Sequence record: MW749003.1
Direction: 5' to 3' (one strand)
DNA: 64,000 nucleotides
Shown piece by piece: positions 9,127-18,837 of the stretch; position 1 is the first letter of the stretch, and each line of letters opens with the position of its first letter. Under the pieces are notes generated by a model that saw only the letters and a program-made list of their open reading frames with translations, was not told the origin of the DNA and made no database searches. The position numbers and the translations under genes are program-made.

Positions 9127-12100
9127 TCAAGTGTTATTTTTATACCAAATTGTCTCACCAATAAGGCTTGAGTTGTTCTGAAGACCATCCATTATTTGAA
9201 GAGCTAATTCTGTCTTTCCAGTGGTAGTATTTCTAAGTTCTTCAATTCTAACTCGTATACCACTAGTAACAGTACCGATTTCTTCTAATGAATTTTTAAA
9301 TTGATCGATAACGCTTAAATCAGTAAAGTCTAAATAAGATAAGATGGATTTAATTGTATTTACATCATTTTCAATTTCATAATTTCTTTTTTGTAGATCA
9401 GTTACTTTTTCCCTTAATACATCTTTCATAATTTTAAGGTCATTGATTCTCTGTTCATTATTTTGCAGAGAGATATCAATTGCAACTGCTCTTTTTTCTG
9501 ACAATGCTAGTAATTCCTCTAATTCCTTAGTTTTACTAATTAGATATCCATCATCATAAATTGAAATATGTCCTGTATCACGATCAACTACCATCTCACC
9601 ATCAATTGCCTTTACTTTGTTTTGTTCAGTTAATGGTTCTAAGCTGATTCTTAGCGGTCCAATTGGTTCTGGTATCTTATCAATAATTGTAAATACCACA
9701 TATGAAGTGGCTCTTAGACCATTAATCTTCTTAATTGCTATTACTGATAATTGATAACTATTAGGATCATTTAACAGAGTACCTAGTTTAAATGTTCTAC
9801 CGTTAAGTTTAGCTTCAAATTCATTATCTTCTTTATAAGATGGATTATCTTCATAAGAATCAATATCTGGTCTTGCTGATTCCTGAATAACTTCAGGTAA
9901 TACGCCAACAATTTTTGGAGGCTCAGGAGGAACTGAATCTAATGTAAATTTAACTATAGTTGTAGCAGTTAAACCATTAAGACGTTTTTTAGCAGTAACA
10001 ACTAAAGTATAATCTCTTATCTCAGCTACTTCATTATATATTGGACTTCCAATTTCATATGGTTCTCCATTTAAGGTTGCAGTAAAATCAACACCATAAA
10101 CATACTGGACAGTTGGTGAAACTGTTAAATATGTTGATACACCTTCTTTAAAGCCCATAACAACAGGTGGGTCTGGTGGTAATTTATCAATATTTGTTAT
10201 TGCTTTAGTGTCTTCAACAAAATAACCATTAGGATCTTTGTATCTAGCATGAATAATACAGTTATCAGTTACATCAAACGGTTCATTATATGATTTCCAT
10301 TCTTCAGCACTATCAATTTTATATTCAAATTCTGAACCGTAATTTGGATATCTAATTGTAATAGTATCTTTAATGCTTGGTATATACTCTGGATCTGCTA
10401 GTATTAATGGCTTTTGTTCTTCATCAGGATTAAATACGATAAAATTAACATCAGACATTGAAACCATAAAATTAGATTTCTTTCTCCGAACAACAAGTAA
10501 ATTATAATCTCCTGAGTCTATAATAGGTGTTCCCATAATATACGGAAGACCATTTAAATATGCATCCTCATTTTCATTACCATCAACATCAAGATCATTT
10601 GTTAATGAAAATGTAAGAGATATTTCAATTTTATTTTCAGGATAGTTTGGATCAGTAGCCGTTACAACTAATCTATATGCGCCCTTGTCTCTAATTGTAT
10701 CTTCACGTTTAAAAGAACTTAGAAGGGTTCCATTTAAATATAATTTGTGCTCATACTTTAACCCTGCAAAAATATCCCAAGTAGGTTGAACTGCCACATC
10801 TTTTCCTCTAAAGACCTGCCCTTCTTCAATAATAGAACCTGTTAATTTATTCTTAATAATAAGTTCTTTCCCAGTTATATCAATAGATCCAGGCATTAAT
10901 TTAAAATTTCTAACTACCATTTTATAATTTGTCGGGAAGTTATGATCTGAAATTTTAACTTCTACTACATAATCTCCATATTCAATTAAAATATCTTCAT
11001 CATCCGTTGGATCATATGTCCTTCTAGTACCATTATAAGTAATCCATGACTCATAATCTAGATTAGATGGAAGCTGTCCTGTATACCAAAATGGTTTAAC
11101 TTGAATCCCTTTATAGACATCGTTATTTTGAATAGGTATATCTGTAATAGCGTTAACAATTACAAGAGCAATTTCATTCATATCAACTTTTTTATCAACA
11201 ATTGAGAAGTGTCTCACTACAGTTGTAGTGTTGGTAGGATTATCTATCTCTGTGATAATTAGTTCTAACTCATAGTCACCCTTATTTGATAACACTGTGA
11301 GATCTTTCATAAAATCAAAATCTTCTCCATCATATCGCAATGTATAATCTACATCACAATCTTCTGGCTCATCCCAAGTTGGCAACACTAATTCATCTTC
11401 AAAGATTCGTCCTTCATTGATTTCAGTCTCATCAAAATCATTATAAATTTCAATATCAAGATTAGTGTTAATTGGAGCTATAATAAAATTACGAATAAAA
11501 GTCTTATTCTCTCCAGCACCATTTTCTAAGACAACAGTAATAGAATAATTACCATAATCAGTATAAACATCATTATTTGGCGTAAAAGGAACTGTAGATT
11601 CATCTCGCTCTAATGTATAACTTATTATAGTACAATCCGCTGGAATTGGTTGCCAATATGGTTTAACTTCTTGATCTTTAAATATTTTCCCTTCAGAAAT
11701 GATAGTGTTTGGTGATTCAGGAAGATTTACATCAATAAATTCCATTTCATAAGTATCAAGATCAGTTATCTTTTCTATAACCTCGAAATTTACATTAATT
11801 TCCTTTTTATTATCTGGATAATTCTTATCGGTCAGATTAAATTTAATTGTATATTGACCAATATTAGTTAATGTATCTCCCTTTTTATATGAAATTAAAC
11901 TATTATTATACGTAACAGTTATTCCATATGTTATATTAGAATCTTCTTTCCAAGTTGGTTGAACTTTAGCCTCAAATTGAGATCCTTCGCTAATAGGTTT
12001 AGTAGTAATTGCATCTCTAAGATCTAAGACAAGATCATTCCAGTCTTCAGGAGCGGCAGTAACTTCAAAGTTTATAATACCTGTAGATTGGTTGTCTGGA

Positions 12101-13443
12101 TAATTCTTATCAGTAATAAGATAACTAACTTGATAAAGACCAGCTTGACTATAGGTATTAGATTTAACTAGAGATCCTTTAGGAGCACTATTAACATTAT
12201 AGTTAACAGTAATATTTGTACCATCTATTTCATCCCAATATGGTTGAAATTTACCAACAAATTTAGAACCTTCAACTATTTGAGAGGATGTTAATAGATC
12301 CTTCAGAGTAAAGTTAATATTATCTAAATCTTTTTTAGGAGGAAGTACATAGAATGTAAATTCATTTGAATCTCTAGTATTAGTCGGATAAGCTTTATCT
12401 TTTGCTGTGATAATAGCTGAATATTTACCATTTTCAGATAAAGATTGAAGCCTACTGTAAGGTATTTCAATTCCATTTTTTTTTAATTTAATAGTATAGG
12501 CAATAGAACTGTCATCTGCATTCCAATCTAATTTAACTGAATTTGAAAATCTATTTTCAGTCGTAATATTAGTATTAGTATTTTTATCAGTGAGTGTAAA
12601 TTTTATACCACTTAAATCTTTAGGAGATGAACCTTCAAAAGCAAGAACATAAACTCCATCTGTATCTTGGTGAGAAATAGTAGAATTGGAATCCAAGTTA
12701 AGTGCTGGAGCAACACCAATTGTATCGTTATCTGCAACAGACTGAGCAAATGCGCCATTTATGTTAATACGATAAACAATATGACCAAAATCAGGATAAG
12801 CAGAACGTAACCAGTAATAATAGTTTGAACTAGAATTTAATGATGAATGTTGATATTTACTTTGTGTAACGGCTTCATCAGTTGGTTTAAGAATACGATT
12901 AGATGAAGAATTTAAATATGGAATTGTTGTTCCTTCTTTTCCACTTGATCCTGCTAATCCCATTTCTGTCATACTAAATAGGAATACATTATCTTGAACA
13001 GTCTCTACTCCACCACCGTCAACTGTTGGAACAATTGTTTTCAAATTAGTTTTTAAAATTCTATTTGCAAAATCACTACTAAAATTAGTTAAGAATCCAT
13101 CTTCTGTATCATAGCTATTTCCATTAGAACCAGAAGAAGGAGGTGTATCAGAAGAATTAGTTGCTGTAAACCAAGGTGATGGTTTTGTTGAATTCAACCA
13201 TTGACGCATATTGGAATAAAGCCATCTGTTGTTTCCTGATGTTTGCCTATTTGTATTACTATTACTAGGTTCCTTAGCGTCAAATGTCTTAATAGAGATG
13301 ATATTATTAGTCATCAAAGTAGCACTATTTGCTGGATAACCTGCTAAATCTTTACCAACCAATTTCCAAACAATTGGTTTTCCATTATATTTAGTATTAG
13401 GATCCTTTACTAAGGATCCTAATGGTAAGTCTTTAATTATCAT
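9127..13443 (-). CDS. Large tail fibre/receptor-binding protein: N-terminal DUF6273-like (CLec-type) domain, Ig-like repeats, C-terminal coiled coil
   Basis: SNMRQWLNS, VFLFSMTEMG, YYWLRS...GVAPALNL; repeated ~95-aa P.W...Y....G.Y beta modules; 1438 aa. Confidence 0.7.
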   Translation of the reverse strand: MIIKDLPLGSLVKDPNTKYNGKPIVWKLVGKDLAGYPANSATLMTNNIISIKTFDAKEPSNSNTNRQTSGNNRWLYSNMRQWLNSTKPSPWFTATNSSDTPPSSGSNGNSYDTEDGFLTNFSSDFANRILKTNLKTIVPTVDGGGVETVQDNVFLFSMTEMGLAGSSGKEGTTIPYLNSSSNRILKPTDEAVTQSKYQHSSLNSSSNYYYWLRSAYPDFGHIVYRININGAFAQSVADNDTIGVAPALNLDSNSTISHQDTDGVYVLAFEGSSPKDLSGIKFTLTDKNTNTNITTENRFSNSVKLDWNADDSSIAYTIKLKKNGIEIPYSRLQSLSENGKYSAIITAKDKAYPTNTRDSNEFTFYVLPPKKDLDNINFTLKDLLTSSQIVEGSKFVGKFQPYWDEIDGTNITVNYNVNSAPKGSLVKSNTYSQAGLYQVSYLITDKNYPDNQSTGIINFEVTAAPEDWNDLVLDLRDAITTKPISEGSQFEAKVQPTWKEDSNITYGITVTYNNSLISYKKGDTLTNIGQYTIKFNLTDKNYPDNKKEINVNFEVIEKITDLDTYEMEFIDVNLPESPNTIISEGKIFKDQEVKPYWQPIPADCTIISYTLERDESTVPFTPNNDVYTDYGNYSITVVLENGAGENKTFIRNFIIAPINTNLDIEIYNDFDETEINEGRIFEDELVLPTWDEPEDCDVDYTLRYDGEDFDFMKDLTVLSNKGDYELELIITEIDNPTNTTTVVRHFSIVDKKVDMNEIALVIVNAITDIPIQNNDVYKGIQVKPFWYTGQLPSNLDYESWITYNGTRRTYDPTDDEDILIEYGDYVVEVKISDHNFPTNYKMVVRNFKLMPGSIDITGKELIIKNKLTGSIIEEGQVFRGKDVAVQPTWDIFAGLKYEHKLYLNGTLLSSFKREDTIRDKGAYRLVVTATDPNYPENKIEISLTFSLTNDLDVDGNENEDAYLNGLPYIMGTPIIDSGDYNLLVVRRKKSNFMVSMSDVNFIVFNPDEEQKPLILADPEYIPSIKDTITIRYPNYGSEFEYKIDSAEEWKSYNEPFDVTDNCIIHARYKDPNGYFVEDTKAITNIDKLPPDPPVVMGFKEGVSTYLTVSPTVQYVYGVDFTATLNGEPYEIGSPIYNEVAEIRDYTLVVTAKKRLNGLTATTIVKFTLDSVPPEPPKIVGVLPEVIQESARPDIDSYEDNPSYKEDNEFEAKLNGRTFKLGTLLNDPNSYQLSVIAIKKINGLRATSYVVFTIIDKIPEPIGPLRISLEPLTEQNKVKAIDGEMVVDRDTGHISIYDDGYLISKTKELEELLALSEKRAVAIDISLQNNEQRINDLKIMKDVLREKVTDLQKRNYEIENDVNTIKSILSYLDFTDLSVIDQFKNSLEEIGTVTSGIRVRIEELRNTTTGKTELALQIMDGLQNNSSLIGETIWYKNNT

Positions 13444-13461
13444 AATTTCACTCCCTTATTA

Positions 13462-15261
13462 TTAACCTTCAATAGTTGGGATAACTGTTGATTTAGCATC
13501 TCCTTCAGATACTCCCCCAATAACTGGAGTGTCAGGTGGTGTAGTATCAATAATATCAACTATTTTGGATGTAATATAGCTTTCATAGTCATCATCGCCA
13601 TCTAAACTTCGTACATAGATTATACAATTTTTATAGATTTTAACTGGATCTCTGTACCAACGCCAATCACCGTCATCAATCCGATATTGAAATTTCATTG
13701 TAGGATCTTTCGGGAAATTAACAGTAGCTATAGTTCTATAACATAATTCATTTGGATCCAAAGTGATTGTATATCTATATTTTATTTTCTTATAGAATTC
13801 TACAGTCGTATATTCTGAATATAGACCATTTGAAAGTTTATGTGCTTTAGATTCAATACGATATATACCTTTTTTAGAGTATGTTTGTTCCTCTGGTATT
13901 TGCACCCATTGAGTGTCATTTAAATCTTTTTTATAATAAACTTTTGTTACAGGTACACAACCAGATTGTACAATTATTCTTGGTGAAACAGGGTTAGGGA
14001 ATCTACCTATGAGTCCGTAATCTTTACCTTGATAATCTTTATCAATTCTAATAATTGGTGGATCAGGTGGATCATTGTCAATAGTAAATACACCTTTTTT
14101 AGTAAGTGTTTTATGGTTAGTATTTTTTCTAATTGTAACAACAATTGTATAAGTACCATTTTCTACTAATGGAGTACCTAGAGTATATGCTTTACCATTA
14201 ATCTTTGCTTCATATAATGTGCAACCACTAGGAACATTAATAGTTGGATAACACGCCGCTAAATATACTTTGTTATATTCATCATATATTCTTGATGTAA
14301 CAGCTTTATCAAAAATTTTAAAATCAGGAGCAGGTGTTGGATCTTCATATATAATTCTTGAAGTTGCAAAATCCATTAATGATGGTGTATCTTTATTAGT
14401 ACATCTTACTGCAACTTCATAAGTACCATACTTATTAATTTTATAATAATTAGTAAAAGTAAAGTTACTAGTATTACCATCAATATCAGTGTATCTTTGA
14501 GAAGTTATATCATATTTAAATTTAGATGTATCTTCTTTCCAAAAAACAGTAATAGGTTTGTAAACTTTATAAGTTTCTGGTGTATTCGGAATCAAGATAT
14601 TTTTATTAGATCTCTTGTCATACAGATCAATATTAGGTTTTGTTTTATCTGCAATTGATCTAATACCTGTAACATTTACTGTTGCAGAACTAGGGATTTT
14701 TTCTGGTGATTTTAATTTTACTTTAAATTTAATTGGTCTTCTATAAGTATTATGAACAGCTAGATACCAAGAACCTTTATACCAGCCACTCCAATCTCCA
14801 TTACTAGTGCTATTAGCCCACTGATATGTTCCAGGAATAGAAACCCATTTCTTTGGTGTCCATTTTTTAGATAAGTCAGTAGCATCAAATAATTGTGCAT
14901 TAGTTTGAGACTTAGGAGCTGCTTTAGATCCTTTTGATATTTTGGTATAAGGTTTTGTACCATAGTTCATGATACCATCATACTTATTCCCATACCAATA
15001 CCATGCTGGATTAATCCATTGCTCTTTGTAGTCATATTTTACTGTAGTTAGAGTCACTTTCATATTTTTCTTAATTGTAACATAACTACTTCCAATAGAG
15101 GTTCTTTTTCCTCCTGCAAGTGTATAGTATTTTTCATTTCCCTTTGGAACTACACATTGAACTTTTATATCTCCATTGGAAAGAACTTGTTTTACAATTA
15201 AATAGAAACCGGATTTAGAACCCTTAATTCTATCTCCAACTTTATAACTAGTTTTAGCCAT
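13462..15261 (-). CDS. Putative virion protein with Ig-like modules
   Basis: A.ING..YTLGTP...G.Y and D..PP.PP.I modules shared with 9127..13443. Confidence 0.65.
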   Translation of the reverse strand: MAKTSYKVGDRIKGSKSGFYLIVKQVLSNGDIKVQCVVPKGNEKYYTLAGGKRTSIGSSYVTIKKNMKVTLTTVKYDYKEQWINPAWYWYGNKYDGIMNYGTKPYTKISKGSKAAPKSQTNAQLFDATDLSKKWTPKKWVSIPGTYQWANSTSNGDWSGWYKGSWYLAVHNTYRRPIKFKVKLKSPEKIPSSATVNVTGIRSIADKTKPNIDLYDKRSNKNILIPNTPETYKVYKPITVFWKEDTSKFKYDITSQRYTDIDGNTSNFTFTNYYKINKYGTYEVAVRCTNKDTPSLMDFATSRIIYEDPTPAPDFKIFDKAVTSRIYDEYNKVYLAACYPTINVPSGCTLYEAKINGKAYTLGTPLVENGTYTIVVTIRKNTNHKTLTKKGVFTIDNDPPDPPIIRIDKDYQGKDYGLIGRFPNPVSPRIIVQSGCVPVTKVYYKKDLNDTQWVQIPEEQTYSKKGIYRIESKAHKLSNGLYSEYTTVEFYKKIKYRYTITLDPNELCYRTIATVNFPKDPTMKFQYRIDDGDWRWYRDPVKIYKNCIIYVRSLDGDDDYESYITSKIVDIIDTTPPDTPVIGGVSEGDAKSTVIPTIEG

Positions 15262-15272
15262 TTATTTACCTC

Positions 15273-15872
15273 CTAACCTATAACTATTACTTTGTATTGA
15301 TTTGATGATGGTGCAGATAAGAAATTTATTCTTATTGTGTTTGCATCCTCAATAGAAACATTAGTCATAACTAAATCTTTTGTTTCTTCATCCCATACAC
15401 TTACATTAATGTCATTAGTTCCCAAATTATGTCTTATAACAAAGCTATGGTTACTACTATTACCAATTAGTTCTGAATATTTTAAGACTCCAATTAAGCT
15501 ACCATCTTCACTTTCTCTTATATCATTTAGCTTTCTACGAACATCCCCATCTAAATCACTTTCGGGAATCCCATTAATGGGTTTAGAATATTTAGAATCC
15601 CAATCTAATACTTTAATATCGTTTAAATGACGTTTACTATCTTCTACATGATTTTTTACATATTCAATGTTTGCCTTACTCTGAATATCTTTTATTAAAT
15701 TAGTTAATTGAGACAACTCTATTCCTGAAGAATTTATGACAGAAAGGAGGTTAAATAACTGTTCCATATTCTTTTCCATATATGACAATCTATTATTTAA
15801 TTCTTTATAAATGTAACCATTCTGTACATCATTTGATTCTATCCGCATCTCGTTAGGCATAATAACTCTCAC
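15273..15872 (-). CDS. Putative tail-fibre-associated protein
   Basis: One copy of the KY.KP..GIP..DL repeat plus C-terminal HNLGT...F..AP...V.VIG domain similar to the end of 15983..18814. Confidence 0.65.
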   Translation of the reverse strand: MRVIMPNEMRIESNDVQNGYIYKELNNRLSYMEKNMEQLFNLLSVINSSGIELSQLTNLIKDIQSKANIEYVKNHVEDSKRHLNDIKVLDWDSKYSKPINGIPESDLDGDVRRKLNDIRESEDGSLIGVLKYSELIGNSSNHSFVIRHNLGTNDINVSVWDEETKDLVMTNVSIEDANTIRINFLSAPSSNQYKVIVIG

Positions 15873-15893
15873 CTTCTTTAATAATTTTCTACT

Positions 15894-15905
15894 TATCTAT
15901 ATGTT
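15894..15905 (-). promoter_or_regulatory. Putative late promoter
   Basis: Minus strand AACA TATAGA TA. Confidence 0.55.
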
Positions 15906-15932
15906 CTTTTCATCTTAAGAACTAGAAATAAT

Positions 15933-15975
15933 AATGTAAATGAAGATAGACAAATAGCCTATCTTCATTTACATT
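15933..15975 (-). terminator. Intrinsic terminator
   Basis: 17-bp stem AATGTAAATGAAGATAG / CTATCTTCATTTACATT. Confidence 0.8.
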
Positions 15976-15982
15976 TATTTTA

Positions 15983-18814
15983 TTAGCGGATCACTACTTT
16001 ACCAATAAAGGCAGTAGGAAATTGTACTTCAATATCTTTTGTTGTATCATTGACACGAACAAGAGATGGTTGAACAGTTTCCCAGAATTCTGCATTTTGT
16101 GTATAAGCCACAACGGAATATTCAAATGGCTCTTTAGTGATTCCATGCTCAGTAGCAAGAATTGAAACGGTAGTAGCTTCTTCAGTTACAGTTTTAGTGT
16201 AAGGCATAGAAACACTATTAAGTTTGTTTTGCAATTCTACTACTAGGTCAGTCACTGGAATACCTTCAGCTGGTTTAGCATACTTAGCAGACCACTCAGT
16301 TTTCTGTTCATTAGTTACGTGAACAGTTTCATCAGCGATATGATTTGCACTATTAGTAAGAGCAGTAGATACAGATGCTTCAAGGTCAGTAACAGGAATT
16401 CCTGTTTCTGGTTTAGCATACTTAGCAGACCACTCAGTTTTCTGTGTCGCTGTTACATGGATAGTACCATCAGCAACATGGTCAGCAAAGCCATCTACAG
16501 TTGTAACAAAACCACTTTCGAGATCAGTCACTGGAATACCTTCAGCTGGTTTATCATATTTAGCATTCCATTTAGAGCGTTCAGCATCTGTAATGTGAAC
16601 AGTAGTATCACCAGTATGATTAGAAAGATCAGCAACAGAAGCCGCACCATCAATCTTACCTTTAAGAGCATCGGACAGATCAGTTTCTGGAATACCAGTA
16701 TTAGGTTTAGCATACTTAGCGTTCCAGCTAGCTCTTTCTGAAGCGGTTACGTGTTTAACTGTATCAGTAGCATGAGCATTAAAGTCTGTGTTTGATACCA
16801 TACCATTTACTTTAGAAATAAATGACTGTGCCATATCAGACTCAGGAATACCAGTTGATGGTTTAGCATACTTACCATTCCAGATAGTACGCTCTTCAGC
16901 TGTAATGTGAACAGTAGTATTATCTACGTGAGTAGTTAAATCTGCCGCTGAAGCTGAACCATTAATTTTAGCCTCTAGTTCTGCTTCCAAATCTGCCGCT
17001 GGAATTCCCTCTTCTGGTTTAGCATACTTACCATTCCAAGCAATTCTTTCGTCAGCAGTGATGTGTTTAACAGCATCAGTAGCATGTGCATTTAGATTTG
17101 CCTGTGTTGCCATTCCAGCTACTTTATCACGGAAAGCAAGGGTAAGATCAGTTTCAGGGATACCATCAGTTGGTTTGACATATTTGGCATTCCAGTTACT
17201 ACGCTCAACAGTTGTAATATGTTTAACAGTATCATTGGCATGAGCCGCAAGATCAGCAGAAGTAGCCGCACTATTAATTTTAGTTTTGAGATCTTTTTCA
17301 AGATCTTCTTCAGGAATTCCTGTTAATGGTTTATCATACTTAGCATTCCATTTATCACGTTCTGATTGAGCTAAGTGACGTACACTATCAGTTTCGTGTT
17401 CTAAGAAATTTGCATTAGTAACCATTCCATTAATCTTTGTCTGTAAGCCAGAAGCAAGATCAGTTTCAGGGATACCAGTTGATGGTTTGTCATATTTAAC
17501 GTTCCATTTAGAACGTTCTGTTTCTGTAATATGGATTGTACCATCAGCCTTGTGGTTATTCCAATTTTCACGTTCTTTTTCACTAATATGGACAGTAGTA
17601 TTTGAAGCATGATCAGTAAGTTCTTTCTTAGTAGCCGCACTACCAATTTTACTCTGTACACTAGAATCCAAATCAGCCATTGGAACACCAGTTGATGGTT
17701 TTACATATTTTCCATTCCAAGAAAGACGTTCAGCATTAGTAATGTGAGCAACTGAATCATTTTTGTGATCGGTTAGAGCTGTAGCTGTAGCCGCACCATT
17801 AATTTTATCTTGGACAGGTAATTCTAAATCTTTCATTGGAACGCCGTTAGCTGGTTTATCATACTTAGCGTTCCATTTATCACGTTCTTCACCTGTGATA
17901 TGTTTAATAACATCATCCTCGTGATCTTGAAGATCAACTGCTTTAGCCGCACTATTGATACTATTTTGAACAATTTCAGAGAAATCAGTCATTGGAATAC
18001 CAGTAGCAGGTTTATCATACTTAGCATTCCATTTAGCACGCTCAGTAGATGATGTATGAATATCAAGATTATTAGTATGATTAGAAAGATCAGAATTTAA
18101 GGCAGATGCTTTAATACGATCAGAAACAACTGGATCTAGATCTTTCATTGGAATACCAGTAGCAGGTTTATCATACTTATTATTCCATGCTCCACGTTCA
18201 GTTCCAGTAATATGTCGAACTGAATCATTGAAGTGAGGATCAAACTCAGTATGACGAACAATATCTTTATCAATGAATTCAGAATAAATTTTTTTATCTG
18301 CATTGAAAAGATCAGACTTTGCAATTTTTGCAGATAATAGACTATCTACTTCTGATTTAATATAAAAACGAGAAGTATCTAGTGTTAATTTATTAAGATC
18401 TTCAATGTTTTCCAATTTAATTTTACCAGTAAAGTGTCCATCTTCAGTAATAAGAGCCTTAATAACACCTTGAGAAATAAAAGCAGCAATATTACCAGTG
18501 CTTGTATTTTCCAATACAGTGCTACCAATATTTTTAAGCATAGAGTCAGTGTTTCTAGCATGCTTTTTCTCAATAGCATCTTTAAGTTCATCATTCATAG
18601 TGACTCCAACACTGGATTCATAAATTGGGCGTCCTGTTTCTGTGTAGCCAATAGGGTCAGTATTAGCATTACCAGAAGAATAGTTAGTACCATTCAAGGT
18701 AATTTTGGAGACAGAACTAAAGCGATTATCAGCCATTAATTGGTCGATAATTGTCTTACTCAAGCTATTTGAGCTTAATGTGTTTGTATAGAAAGAACTC
18801 AAATCATAAGCCAT
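15983..18814 (-). CDS. Repeat-containing putative tail fibre protein
   Basis: 943 aa with 13 repeats of 46-52 aa, H-x6-H[IV]T..ER..WN.KY.KP..GIP..DL. Confidence 0.75.
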   Translation of the reverse strand: MAYDLSSFYTNTLSSNSLSKTIIDQLMADNRFSSVSKITLNGTNYSSGNANTDPIGYTETGRPIYESSVGVTMNDELKDAIEKKHARNTDSMLKNIGSTVLENTSTGNIAAFISQGVIKALITEDGHFTGKIKLENIEDLNKLTLDTSRFYIKSEVDSLLSAKIAKSDLFNADKKIYSEFIDKDIVRHTEFDPHFNDSVRHITGTERGAWNNKYDKPATGIPMKDLDPVVSDRIKASALNSDLSNHTNNLDIHTSSTERAKWNAKYDKPATGIPMTDFSEIVQNSINSAAKAVDLQDHEDDVIKHITGEERDKWNAKYDKPANGVPMKDLELPVQDKINGAATATALTDHKNDSVAHITNAERLSWNGKYVKPSTGVPMADLDSSVQSKIGSAATKKELTDHASNTTVHISEKERENWNNHKADGTIHITETERSKWNVKYDKPSTGIPETDLASGLQTKINGMVTNANFLEHETDSVRHLAQSERDKWNAKYDKPLTGIPEEDLEKDLKTKINSAATSADLAAHANDTVKHITTVERSNWNAKYVKPTDGIPETDLTLAFRDKVAGMATQANLNAHATDAVKHITADERIAWNGKYAKPEEGIPAADLEAELEAKINGSASAADLTTHVDNTTVHITAEERTIWNGKYAKPSTGIPESDMAQSFISKVNGMVSNTDFNAHATDTVKHVTASERASWNAKYAKPNTGIPETDLSDALKGKIDGAASVADLSNHTGDTTVHITDAERSKWNAKYDKPAEGIPVTDLESGFVTTVDGFADHVADGTIHVTATQKTEWSAKYAKPETGIPVTDLEASVSTALTNSANHIADETVHVTNEQKTEWSAKYAKPAEGIPVTDLVVELQNKLNSVSMPYTKTVTEEATTVSILATEHGITKEPFEYSVVAYTQNAEFWETVQPSLVRVNDTTKDIEVQFPTAFIGKVVIR
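16220..18235 (-). repeat. Coding tandem repeat, ~156-nt period (13 full units + one 19-aa partial)
   Basis: Counted directly in the translated protein; degenerate at DNA level. Confidence 0.85.
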
Positions 18815-18837
18815 TAGAGTCTACACATCCTTTTCTG

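Noticed and set aside
12690-12820. Active diversity-generating retroelement
   Set aside because: No template repeat or reverse transcriptase found in the window
16220-18235. Periodic DNA repeats resembling a CRISPR array
   Set aside because: Degenerate ~156-nt coding repeats in one open frame; no identical direct repeats, unique spacers or cas genes
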